Shown here in pieces: positions 50,775 through 63,431 of a DNA stretch of 64,000 bases. The position numbers and the translations under genes are program-made. The notes beneath the pieces were generated by a model that worked only from the letters and a program-made list of their open reading frames with translations, was not told the origin of the DNA and searched no databases. Source of the DNA: Haliotis cracherodii (Eukaryota). Every line of letters starts with the position of its first letter. The stretch's first letter is position 1. The stretch is taken from positions 29,140,001-29,204,000 of the forward strand of contig NW_027266273.1 in assembly GCF_022045235.1 (NCBI RefSeq), read 5' to 3'.

Positions 50775-53311
50775 AACGTGCCCGACTAGAACAAGATATT
50801 AAGACAGGACAACTAAATAAACAATATACCACAGGCATCTTCTTAAACTTCTCTAAAGCTTTCGACATGGTATGGCACGATGGGCTAATACAAAAACTTA
50901 AAAAAATAGGACTCAAAGGTCAGATAATAAACTACATCCAGGACTTCTTAAACAATCGTAAAATAACCGTGGGTATAGACCAAACTCTATCGGACCAATG
51001 TCCCCTAGAAAATGGCACTCCACAAGGGGAGTATCCTCAGCCCCACCCTCTTCAATATAATGATAAACGATCTATTCGAGGGTCTATCCCCTAAAGTAAA
51101 CACATCAAAATTCGCGGATGATGGAGCCATCTGGATCCGCACTAAAAGCATGAAAATGGCCAAAAATCTACTCCAAAAATCTCTTAATAAAATACAACAA
51201 TGGGCTGACAAATGGGGCTTCTCCCTTAACTCAGAAAAAACAACAGGAATAGTATTCAAACATAAAAACATGAAACCCGCCTCCCCAATCCTCCAGCTAA
51301 ACAATCAAACAATCAAATTTCAAAAACAAACCAAATTCTTTGGACTTATTTTCGATGAACATCTCACCTGGGATGCTCACATCCAAAACCTAACAACTAA
51401 ATGCAGTAAAGACCTAAACACCCTAAGATGCCTAACTGGCTCTAACTGGGGAGCCTCCAAAGATACTCTCCTCTCTCTCTACATATCCCTAATTAGATCA
51501 AAACTAGACTACGGCTGCGCCATATACAACACCCTAAACAACTCTCTATCTAAAAAACTTGACTCAATACAATATCAGGCTCTCAAACTCATTACACGCA
51601 CCCAACATGGCACCTCCTACGCCTCACTTCAGGCCTTAACAGGAGAAATGCCACTAAGTCTACGCAGGGAACAGCTAAGCTTAAATTTCTGGGCCGCGTC
51701 CCAATCAAACCCTCTCATCCAAAACTTAATAAACCAAAACATCAGCCCTAAAAACCAAGCTCTAGCTCGTAAACACCCCTTACTTACCCCAATATCCCAA
51801 AGAATAACAAACTACCTAAATGAACACCAAATTAAAAATCTTAAACAAAACTGCAAACAATCAAATATCTTCACCCCTAAACTTAAAATACCCAAAATAG
51901 ACACAACACTAGCTAGCCAAATAAATAAACAAACCGACCCAAACATAGCTAAAACTACCACACTAGCATACATACACAAAAATTGGCCAAATTGGTGTCA
52001 CATTTACACGGACGGATCCTCAGATCCGACCTCCAAACACACGGGTTTCGGAGTCCATGCCACACAACCAACTAAAACCACACAATCCTTCCGACTAGCT
52101 AGCCAAATAAATAAACAAACCGACCCAAACATAGCTAAAACTACCACACTAGCATACATACACAAAAATTGGCCAAATTGGTGTCACATTTACACGGACG
52201 GATCCTCAGATCCGACCTCCAAACACACGGGTTTCGGAGTCCATGCCACACAACCAACTAAAACCACACAATCCTTCCGACTCCCAAATAACCAATCAAT
52301 ATTCACGGCAGAACTAATGGGCATGGCCTCAGCCCTCCACAATCAAGAATCAAAAAACCACCAAAAAATCCTAATACTTACTGACTCCCTAAGTGGACTA
52401 CAAGCCCTCCAAAACAAAAATACCAAAAACCGACCTAAATTAATAAATCAAATACTTAAAAGCTCCAACGACCTAACAAAAGCAGGCAAACAAATAACCT
52501 TCTTGTGGATACCCGCCCATGTAGGAATATACGGTAATGAAAACGCCGATAAAGCAGCTAAACTATCCCTCAAAATCCCAGAAATAAGCTTAAACTTACC
52601 CATCTCAAAATCAGAAATTAAAAGTGTAAACAAACAAAAAATCACAAAAAAATGGCATAACCTATATCTAAACTCAAATAGCCAAATCAAAAGAGTGCTC
52701 AGCAAACCACTAACCAAACCAAAAATTCTCCATCCATCAAAAAAAATCACTAATCACTAAACTCCAAACAGGACACACCAACCTAAATAACCACCAAAAA
52801 AAATTTAAAAAACACACTACAGGTAACTGCCCACGCTGCAAACAACCAGAAACCCCAGAACACGCACTCATCCACTGCACACACTACCTAACACATCGAA
52901 CCGCATTACAAACCACCCTCAATCTAAACAAGGCTCTCACTCTAGAAGCAATACTAAACCCACAAAATAAACTAGAAAACTTCAAGGCCTTAGGCGTATT
53001 CTTAATAAAAACGCAACTAATAAAACGCATCTAAAACCATAATAACCTACCAAATCAAAATCACATAAACAAACAATCATCCACCATACCCAGCTCCCTT
53101 AGTTCTCCTCCCCAACCCCATCGGCATCTATTCCAAATCTCAAAATTCCCAAATTCTATATAAGCAACCCCTAAAGCCCCCTCTTGGGTTGCACAGACCA
53201 CCCTCGCCCCTTTCGGAAACACATTAAATGGCCTGGCCGGGCCCGTGTGCGAAATACGCATCAGTCGGAAAGCGCACGTTAAATCTCCAAAGTAAGTAAG
53301 TAAGTAAGTAA
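50775..53311 (+). mobile_element. 5'-truncated I-superfamily (I/Nimb-like) LINE: RT, RNase H, CCHC finger, (AAGT)n tail
   Basis: FLNFSKAFDMVWH, GTPQG/SILSPTLFNIMIND, FADD, YTDGS...FTAEL...TDSLS...WIPAHVGIYGNENADKAAK, CPRCKQPETPEHALIHC. Possible short TSD GCAA. Confidence 0.93.
51908..52279 (+). repeat. Perfect 186-bp in-frame tandem duplication in the LINE RNase H
   Basis: LASQINKQ...YTDGS...QSFR (62 aa) appears twice. Confidence 0.97.
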
Positions 53312-53453
53312 GCAATTCGAAGACATTAAACCGTCACCGAGTACAAAGAGGATCCAATCGAAGGAACATATTCCGCACCCGAATCATTATAAAAGATAGA
53401 TCGAACCTACAACTCGAAGACATTTAACCTTCACCCAGTACAAAGCTTTGAAC

Positions 53454-56400
53454 ATGGCGGATGGAGGTAAGTTTTCTCGTGGAGCCGTTTTTTGTTTGAC
53501 TTACTCAATTTTTATTATTAAAAATGTAGAATTCTCAACGAACACAAAATTCATATATTATGATTACATATGGAAATCGGAATCCAAACATTTCCTCCAA
53601 ATATAATGCCATTTGTACAGGCATCTACATTCGTACACTTTTGTTTTCTAAAGTTTTATAAGATCGAATAACCACTCGTTAGTAATTCGTTTCCGTTTCG
53701 TTTCGTTTTTCAAAACCTTCTGTTTCAAACATTCGCAAGATGGTGATTGCGACTCAGTAAAAAGATGTAGATCTATACACAAATCCGAAAGACGTGATAA
53801 CAATCACGTATCTAATTGATGAATTCAAATGGTAGTGAGCAACAGTTTAAGTGCTGACATGTATGTAGAAATGGACGGATATATTTAAGATCATGATTTG
53901 TTCGTTATTCAGATCATCAAGAAGACAGCATTGGGAGACTGCGGCCAAGAAAGTACAGGAAAATTGTCAAAGACAAGTAAGTAACTTTAAACTGTCGGGA
54001 AAGGGCCGAATATATGTACACATATGTCAATTCTATTATTGCTAAGCGTCAACTAACTTAGCTTCGATCTGTCGAGTGACACAAAGTTGCATCGCCTTTT
54101 CAGGCCTAGTTTACTTCCACAATAATGTAATGCATGTGGTTATTGCATAGGTCGTAAATCATATGTTTTTCCTCGCCTTGACCGCCAAGAGCTGTAATGA
54201 GCTCTTCTCGTCTGTGTGTACTGTCGTTAACAATTTAATGGTCTGGTTGTTTTATTACCTATTTCCTGCATTTTTGCGTGTCTATGAACATCATCAACAA
54301 ACAAAAGAATAAATAACATGTGAACATGGACCTTGATTCATTTCCATAAATGATATGTTATTTAGCATATTTAAACATTATTTTTAACCTGCTTTGAATT
54401 TGATTTATTTATTGCGAGCTTTTTCACATTAATGGTATGTTATCGGAAATGAAAATGTGCATATTGTATTTTTAGTGTCCCTGAAGGTCATTTTGGACAC
54501 AGAGAGGATGACAAAAGGAGCTCAAAGAAAAGGTATTTTGTCCTTGACTGACTTATGAAATATATTTTCCATGTAGGTCTAAGTATTTTGATTTATTTAA
54601 AATTAAAATATCGGGAGTCATTCCAGAAATAATGCAACATGTGCCCATTGACAAACATTTTAAACATTATATTATACCAACACATAATCATTGCTCATAG
54701 AAAAAATGCCACAGTCATAGCCTTATAGCACTAAAAGCCCGTTTTGAATAATTACCACTATAATGTAATCATGGCTTGTATATCTAACATGTTATATACA
54801 ATTTCTTTTCAGGATTGAGCCCACAAAGAAAAGCATTGTTGATGTTGTTGATGCTCCTTGCACAAGTGCTGCAGAAGGTGAAGATACACTAAAATTTTAA
54901 GGGATATTATTGCCTTACATAATCCATAAATGCATAAATGGCACTTTGCATAATTCAGATCCATAGTTAAATAGACTTCAACTGACTTATCTCATTGTCA
55001 AAAAGTATATGGATGGTTCATGCATGGTGAAATAAATTATTCAGCATATTATTCAGCAAATTACCAGCATTTTCTCTTGTATGATTTATGATTGTGTATT
55101 TGTTTGTACATTATCATGTGCCATTGATTGTTTCAGGACTCACAATCAGTGACCTGTTGACTGATTATGTCCAGCAACAACAGAGGGAAGAGGAACCTGC
55201 CAAGAAAGATGAAGGGAATGGCACCCAGGCTGAGCCCAAGTCAGAAATGGACCAGCCCATATATGATGGACATTGGATGTCCATAGGCTTAAGCATCATG
55301 CTGATATCATTGTTTGCTATGTGTCACTCTGTTACCAGTGCCATGTTGGCCGATTTACTGGTATTGATACGTTTGCACTGTATGTCACAACCTAAAGCCC
55401 TGCAGAGTGTGTATATGCTGAGAAAGACATTTGCTTCTTTCGAATCTCCCCTGCAGAGATTCTATTATTGTAACAACTGTCATTCACCTGTGTCAAAAGA
55501 AAGAAATTTGCCCAAACACTTTTTGTTCAAAGTCCCTCTTAGCCTCTAGTTCTAAGAGTTTTTTCCTTGTGTTCCCACTTTACCATCAGCTGCGTTCCTT
55601 TTTCAAAAACCAAACTTTTGTATCTGGTCTGGGCCACCGATTCCACCGGCAGAAGAAAAATGCAAGAAACTATGAGGACATATATGACTCAAACTTATAT
55701 CAACAATTTGTTGTCAATGATGGACCACTATCAGAAAAGCATCAATACAACATATCATTTACTTTCAACACTGATGGGGTTCCGTTGTTTAAAAGCTCGC
55801 AAATGTCCATGTGGCCAGTATATTTGATGGTTAATGAACTCCCATTCAAACAAAGGAAGTCCAAAACTAATATGCTTATGTATGGGATATGGTTTGGGTC
55901 AACAAAGCCATGTATGAGTACATTTTGTGAACCCCTTCAGGCATCTTTGTCAGACCTTGAAACAAATGGTGTGCAGGTTGAAGTAAATGGTGAATCTGTT
56001 ATTTGCCATTGTTTTCTTATTGCTTTGACTGCTGATTTACCTGCAAAAAGTTCTGTTTTAAATATGGTTCAGTTCAATGGATCTCACAGTTGTCTTTTTT
56101 GCACACAAAAAGGTAAAAACTTCCGAACTGATAAAGGTGGCAATGTTCACATATTCCCTTATGTTGAAGAGGACCCTAGTGGTCCAGCCCGTACCGCCAC
56201 TGATTCAGTTAGAAATTCACTAACTGCTAGCTCTGTACAACCAGTTGAAGGTTACTCCTTTCTTATGAATCTGGCCAGCTTTGATTATGTTCGATCATGC
56301 AGTGTAGACTACATGCATTGTGTTCTTTTAGGCGTAACTAAATTGCTCCTTACTTTATGGTTTTCTTCAGCACATGCTGCCTCAAGGTTTTCTTTATTGC

Positions 56401-57527
56401 CATATGTTAATTCTGTTGACAATTTGCTTTGTTCTGTAAAACCACCATCCAACATATCAAGGCTGCCTAGATCCATAAATGAACATTTAAAATACTGGAA
56501 AGCTGCTGAATTTAGATCATGGCTTCTATTTTACTCAATTCCAATTCTGCAAGGTTTGTTGCCTTATGTGTATTTTTATCATTACACTTGTTTTGTTGAA
56601 GCTATCACCTTACTTTCAATGGACAGTATTTCTGAAGCAGATGTGAAAAATGGACAGGTTTTGTTAGACTATTTTGTCTACATGTTTGCAGATTTGTATG
56701 GAGAGAGATACTTAACACTTAATGTTCACTCTCTTTTGCACTTGCTCTCAACTGTACAGAACCTTGGTCCTCTCTGGGTACATTCTTGTTTCCCATTCGA
56801 AAATCTTAATGGCAATCTTATGTCTATATTTCATGGGACACAACATGTTGACTTACAAATTATGAATGCTTTTAACATGATGCAACTGATGCCTTTAATG
56901 CTATCCTCTGTAAAGAAAGATTCTCCAGCCTATGAATTCCTAACAAAACTCTGCAAGAATTCCCAACACTACTTGCAAGGGTAGTTGACCAAGTCTTGTA
57001 AATTTATTGGTAAGGGCTTCAAGAAGAAGCTCTGTAGTGTCCATAATGTTGCATTGATAGATTTCTTAGGAGCTGAACCTAAAGACTTCATGGTCTTCAA
57101 GCAGCTTAAGTTGAGAGGAAAAACCTTTCATTCCAAAGAGTATGTTAGATCATTGAAAAGAAATTCATCAGCAGTTATGTTCAGAGAAAAAGAAAACAAA
57201 AGAAGGGGTGTTGTCAACTGGTTTTGTTTCACCCAAGATGTCAATTGTATATGTGAAAAAACCCAATGTGATGACAGTTGTAAGATGCTGGCCTGCATCA
57301 CTCCGTACGATGTGGATGCAGGATCCATATTTTCTTCATATGAGGATGAAGTTGACAACTTTCTTGGTGTTGAGCCATCCCATGTAAAATTAGTTAAGGC
57401 ACAGACTGAACACATGGGGGTAGTAATCGTACCAGTTAAGAACTTAATATCCTTATTGATCCCAGTTGTTATTGATGACACCCTTTTCTTTTGTGAACAA
57501 CCCAACAACATAGAAGGTGACTTGTAA
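53454..57527 (+). pseudogene. EnSpm/CACTA transposase, 5 exons (near-intact)
   Basis: Exons 53454-66, 53913-76, 54476-532, 54813-77 and 55137-57527 splice in frame. Motifs FNTDGVPLFKSS..WP, TADLPAK, DYMH, WKAAE, NVHSLLHL, GPLWVHSCFPFE. One frameshift at about 55500 and a stop at 56982-84. Confidence 0.9.
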
Positions 57528-58289
57528 TGTTATTGAACTAAGGACATAATGAAATAACTTGAAATTGGCTCATCTGGGACATTTGTTGAAAATATTAAAT
57601 TCATTCAAATACATGAATAGTGAATCAAGATGTTAATTTATTGCATTTATGTAAATAACCTCAAATCAATATATTGGTAAATGCATGCATAAGAAACAAA
57701 TACTGTATAAACAGTTTTTTTCAACAATGAATGGATAGTCACTTTTAATCACTCCCTCATTCTGTTGAGAAAAGAACTTTCTTACACATCTTTTGTGTTC
57801 ATATTTCACATTCCCCCGTGCAGGTGTCAGGATAAATATCCAGCAGGTTTTATAGAGAAACCCTCTGACATCTTAAAATTCCTGTGTTGGCTATTCTTAT
57901 ATACCTTTTTTCTGATGAGACTGTTATATGGCACACAAACACTGTTACTTTCTGATTGAAATTTATGAATATATTGTACATTCTTTTCATTTTCCAGAAT
58001 ATTGTATACTCAAATTCCTGCATTTGTTTTTACTGTATTTAATAAAAATATACCTAGAAGAATTAATTGTGTTGAGTATTTCATTATTTATGTCTTTGTT
58101 GACATACATAGGATTTTCTAATTCATTGCATGTGAATTTATAAGATCAATAGTTTTAAAGAAAATTCAAAGTAAATAATAAAGATCATGTCATCAAGGTG
58201 CTAGGTCTTGACTGAAGCTCAGTCTATTGAATGGTATCAAAGGGTGTCTTTGAAAGGCATATACTTACAAAAGTCTTCATTTGGTTTTG

Positions 58290-58900
58290 GAAAGTGAGGA
58301 TGCATTGCAAACCATTTTTCAAGTTGCCTAGTGATGAAGTAGTCTCCAAACAATTGTTTCGAAGATCTCCACTAGCAAACTAGGAAACTCCACTGTATCT
58401 TTTCAATTTTGTATGTAAAGAAGTCGCCGATACATCCTCGCAAACAGTCAACTATTTTCTTGCCTTGTGAAGAAGTCTCTGAATAGTATTCACAAAGTCT
58501 TTGTGTGGTCTTTGCTAGCGAGGATGCACTTGATACATCCTTGCAAACCTTCAGCTACTTTATTGCCATTCTGAGGAAGTCTCCGAATAGTCTTTGCAAA
58601 TTGTTTTGAAGGTCTTCGCTAGCGGAGACGTATCTGAGACATCTTAGCTTTTTTGCTGGTCTGTGGAGAAGTCTCCGAAACATCTTTAGAGATCTCCCCA
58701 GACATCCACTGCTAGTGGAGATGCATTAGAAGCGTCTTCGGTGACATTAGTATATAATTGCCCTTTTGGGGAAGTACTTGATTATTCCCCAGAATAGTCT
58801 TTGATGGGTCTCCACCAAGTCTCGGCTAGCCAAGACCATAAAAATTGGCTAAAATCCCACAAAAGATGCATCGGGACGGTCTCGGGTGGTCTCGGATACA
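58290..58900. repeat. Right subterminal repeat region
   Basis: Recurrent gaagtctccga, gatacatc and gaggatgca motifs related to the left array. Confidence 0.75.
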
Positions 58901-58924
58901 TCTTTTCTGGGGTTTTTTGATGGG

Positions 58925-59520
58925 TGGTGGCCATCAGCTGTATCATCAAGTGGGGTGAGAAGCGCAGAACATCCAGGTTTGACGTGTGACAGGACATTGT
59001 AGGGTCCAATGAATGATTGTAACCAATCAACTGTTTTTGGAGGTGGACAAGAAGCCAGTGTAGAAATGCTTCATGGGCTCGCTTGAATGGAACCCTGGAG
59101 CCAGTGCCAACCCAAGATGTTTGTTGTTGTGGGGGGAGATGATCGTCTTCTCAGGCGTCAGTCTGATATTGTCTGAGTATCAGCTCCACAGTAAAGGTCA
59201 TCAGCAAGCTTGGCAACAACCCCTTCCTCCAGTAGATCCCCTAGCACGCAGTACATAAGCTCCACCAAAGTGGTCTCTGATCCCGGGATTCCAATGGCTG
59301 ATTTAGCATACACCCTAACTCCCCGGCATAGAGTCACCAGGCCGCAGTACTTCATTGATTCCTGTGGATATAATGTACCGATATTTGGCAATTTGTCGTA
59401 GTGTGGTGACATCTGGCATGAGCGCATGCTGTGGCCTACCATCTGCAAACATCAGAGAATGCAGTCACTAATCTGTAACCGGCACTTGACTTCTTTACCA
59501 AAGAGGATGGATTGAGAGGT
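58925..59520 (-). mobile_element. Gypsy-like RT remnant (5' continuation of 41790-44601)
   Basis: [27 protein letters not shown]...[12 protein letters not shown]. Confidence 0.88.
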
Positions 59521-59529
59521 ACTCCACAT

Positions 59530-60420
59530 GAATGCTGGCATCCTCTATTGAAGTTCCAAGAGTTTATTTTTTGAATACAATGGCACTCTGCCCTTGCATT
59601 GAAATTACTCAGTGTTTCTAACTATAAGGAAATCTCTCTTCACCTTCCTACAAACAAATGCTCCAAAGCCATGTCATATGCCACAACGCTATGCACTAAC
59701 CCTTGAATTACTTCAAGTTTACACTCTGCAGTAGCTGTGGAAAGATCAATAATGTAGACAAATGCAGCTTTCAAGCTTTCATACATACTGACGTCACCAG
59801 AAAACACTGGAATGGACACCTGTTTAAGCTGCTTCCACATATCATTTCCTATTGCTTGACTAGGTGACTGTGACATAAAATAACTTGGCAATTCACTAGT
59901 TGGTTGTCCAGGCAATTTGGTTGTCATGAGTGGATTCTACAGAAACAATACTTTTGACCTATTTGATCCTGTCATTAAACAAGCTATCAATTGTGTAAAA
60001 TGACCGTGATGTATTATCTGACCTTTGATCTAGGTCCCTTTGTGCTGTGTTTATATCTGTAGCAGTTTCAGTTTCAATACAACTGATTTCAGTTTCTGCT
60101 TGTACTACTTTCTCATGCTGTTTATCACCTGCATAAGACAAGGTAAGCTTTACCATGACAGCTATTGCCTCGGCAATTTATCTTGACTATACCTTCACTA
60201 ACAGATCTCCGCAAAGGTCAATCCTCAGCTTCTATCAAATTATACAGCTTATTCTTAGCTTTTGTAAATGCTGTCTCAGCATTTGCTTTCTTTGTTTGAG
60301 TGTCAAGATTTGCTATATCAAAGACCATTCTCTGTCTACTACCTTGACTTCTGTTCTGAGACCTTAAATCTTTCACTCCCTTCAAAACTATCACTTGTGT
60401 TTTCAGCCATACTGTCCGGG
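59530..60420 (-). mobile_element. BEL/Pao gag remnant (DUF1759-like)
   Basis: MWKQLKQVSIPVFSGDVSMYESLKAAF...AYDMALEHL. Confidence 0.8.
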
Positions 60421-60929
60421 TATGCTAACAGACAAAGATATGCATTTCCACTTACCTTAGACTGATACACTATTTGATTCAGTGTCAAAGAAAGGAACAG
60501 GCTACATCAACAACGCTCTGCTACCAATGATAATAATGATCATCCAAAAAGAAACCAATGAAAATTCAGCCCGTTTGTTAACCCAATACTGTGTACAATA
60601 TGCACAAACTACTGTTCCATCACACATTTGACACGTGCAGGTTGTACAATGAAATACAAACAATGCTTACAAACATTCAGTTATTGTACAATATAATATT
60701 ATCCTGTTATGGCAACATCGTATGTCTATGATTCTGAATAATGCCCTGAAATGGCACTATAACGTAAGTTGTGCTCTTGTGTGAGTGTATCCCACGACAC
60801 GTTACACTGTCCAAACTGAACTGTTTAACTGTCAGAAACTCCCATGTCCCAATAATTACCAATGTCTTCTGGGAAAACCGCCTGCCGGTCATCCCAGCTT
60901 CAGATATCTACATGTTAGACCAGTTCAAC

Positions 60930-62935
60930 AACCATTTCATGCATATAGAGGAACTCCATTGAATATAGTTGGCAAGATAACAGCGGATGTGCAACATCAT
61001 AATCAGTAAGCCAGTTTACCTTTGCTTGTGGCCGATTACGACAGTGATGCTCCTCCACAGCTCAGATGATCGTGGCTGAAGATTGGCCGAGCATATTGTC
61101 AAAGGGGCAGTACAAGATCAACTCATGTGCAGATTCAGTTCAAGATATTGTGAAGAGGTACCCTGATGTCTGTAAGGAAGAATTGGTACAGTGCAAGGGA
61201 CAAAGGCAATCTTACACCTAAAGGAAGAGACGGTAGCAGTGTTTCTCAAGGCAAGACCTGTTTGTTTTGCATTGCGCCCTGCAGTTGATCGAGAGCTTGA
61301 GCGGATGCACAAGGAAGGCATAATTACGCCTGTTAAGATTAGCGAGTGGGCAACGCCATTTGTTTGTGTTCCGAAGGCCGATGGTCTTTGTGGGGACTAT
61401 AAAAGCACTGTGAATCCCACAATACACAGGATTCCAATTCCGACAGGAATTGTATGGAAGTTTTGCAGGTGGAAAGAAGTTCACTAAGATTGACTAAAGG
61501 TGTGCCTACAAACAAATGCTGTTGGATGAGGAGTTACAAAAGGTGGTAACCATCAACACACAGAAAGTACTTTCAGATACACTCGACTCCCATTTGGGAT
61601 CTCGTCTTGTCCGGCAATCTGGCAGAGATTTATTGCGCAAGTGATAGGACTTGATCGGGTATGTGCAATAATGGATGACATACTGATATCAGGAAGAGAT
61701 GATAATGAACATCTCATGAACATTGAGAAAGTACTTAACAGTATTACAGTTATATCACGGCTTGTCAGCTTAAAGTGGGAAAGCCCAAAGTGATGTGGGT
61801 CTCAGAGGTTTACCACTTCGGTGAAACCCACGAGCACGGGTATGGTGCTGACAAACCTAGAAACATAATTGAGGGGAACCGGGATTCAAATCCACAATCA
61901 TAGGTTTCCGGCGTGCCCAAGGAACGCAACTCTGCACAGCGAATTGCCCCCCTGAAAATATCTGAAGATGGAATTCAACCTACAAAGGACAAGGTGGAGG
62001 CCATCAAGAAGGCACCCGTTCCACAAAATGTTAAGGAACTCCAATCTTGGTTGGGGATGCTGAATTTCCAGGGAAAGTTCATTCCAAGTCACTCAACAAT
62101 CACTCATCCATTGTTGAAGCCTGACTTCAACAGAACAGAGCTGTATGTTGAACAGGACTGTATTCTTTTAGGACTAAGAGTCGCTATCCTATTGAAGTTT
62201 CAGAAAGAGATGCTGAATGAACTCCAACTGGCTCATCCTGGAATGGTCAGGATGAAGAAAGTAGTGGCTGAACACTGACAAGGATATCCAGGCAGTTGTA
62301 GGCAGTGTAGACATTGTCAACAAGTCAGAAACGTGCCATCAGTGGCTCCACTGATGCCTTGGGTGTGGCCGACTATACCATTGGCCAGAGTTCATATTGA
62401 TTTTGCTAACAAGGACAATCAGGACTACTTGGTGGTAGTAGATTCCTATTCAAAGTGGCCAGAAGTTGGGTTTATGAGAAACACAACTGCAGAGGCAACA
62501 ATCAACGTGCTCAGAGATTTGTTCAGCAAATATGGCATACCCCATCAAATTGTGAGTGATTACGGAACACAATTCTGAAGGGAGGAATTTGAAACATGTA
62601 TCAACATGAACAGGATGAAACCAGTGAGAGTAGCTCCAAAACATGCAGCCAGTAATGTCGCAGTAGAACGAGTGGTACAGACTTTCAAGAACAGTCTTAA
62701 AGCTAGCATGACAAGTTCACAGTCATTACAGCAGTGTATTGCCAGTTTTCTTCTCACCTGTCGCTCTACTCCTCATGCGACAACAGGTAGAACACCAGCA
62801 AGTTTGTTCTTTGGGCGAGAGATCTGCACTAGAGTTAGAGGGGAAGGTTCTAAATAAGCAGAGTGACATGAAACTGTATTATGATAACAGAATGGGTCTC
62901 CGTGAGTTTCTTCCAGGTGACCAAGTTATTATTAT
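60930..62935 (+). mobile_element. Gypsy (K02A2.6-like) pol remnant
   Basis: KARPVCFAL...SEWATP..CGDYK; RLPFGIS; MDDILI; HPGMVRMK; RVHIDFA...VDSYSKWPE...SDYGTQF...ERVVQTFK. Confidence 0.9.
61750..61951 (-). mobile_element. Probable tRNA-headed SINE inserted in the Gypsy RT
   Basis: Minus strand starts ggggggcaattcgctg...ggatttgaatcccggttcccc (box-B-like) and interrupts the pol sequence. Confidence 0.5.
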
Positions 62936-63029
62936 GTAACTTCACGAGTATGGAACTTCACATGCGACATAACACATGTGCTCCCCGGGGTCAGCCATCT
63001 TAGATGTTGTACATGACTGTAACATTCCT

Positions 63030-63429
63030 GAATAGTTCGTTCAAAGATGTTAATAGTGGTAATCTGACCATGGTTGCTGTTAATAACGGTGAGTTGTGCA
63101 ATCTTCCAATCGCTTCACACACAATTTCGCAAAAAATAATTAAAACAATATTATAAGGAATTTTTAATAAAATTTATGAAATGAGTTACAAACGTAAGTC
63201 CAGATATACAAAGAACACTTTTTATAGCCAGACAGTGTAATTACTTGATTTATTTGCGTACTTCAGCACAGATTTGTTGACCTGGTGTTTTCGGTGTTAC
63301 GTGCTCACGGTAATGTTTTTTTGTTGGAGAAAAAACCCATCAAAACTCATTGCGTGTATAATGTGCACCCCCTTCTACGCAGCTGTGTTTTTTGGAAAAA
63401 AAGTGCACGCTATACTCAAGAAAATATGG
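63030..63429. mobile_element. Partial inverted copy of the 40021 MITE family
   Basis: Reverse complement of about 40021-40350; ends ctatactcaagaaaatatgg+TA. Confidence 0.88.
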
Positions 63430-63431
63430 TA

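Larger units (their letters stand above)
44602..58924 (+). mobile_element. Complete 14.3-kb EnSpm/CACTA (CMC) DNA transposon, 2-bp TSD TG
   Basis: CCC...GGG imperfect TIRs (gaaaagatgYatccSagaccRcc), subterminal repeat arrays at both ends and an internal transposase. Removal restores Gypsy codons D-G-H-Q-S-K. Confidence 0.92.
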
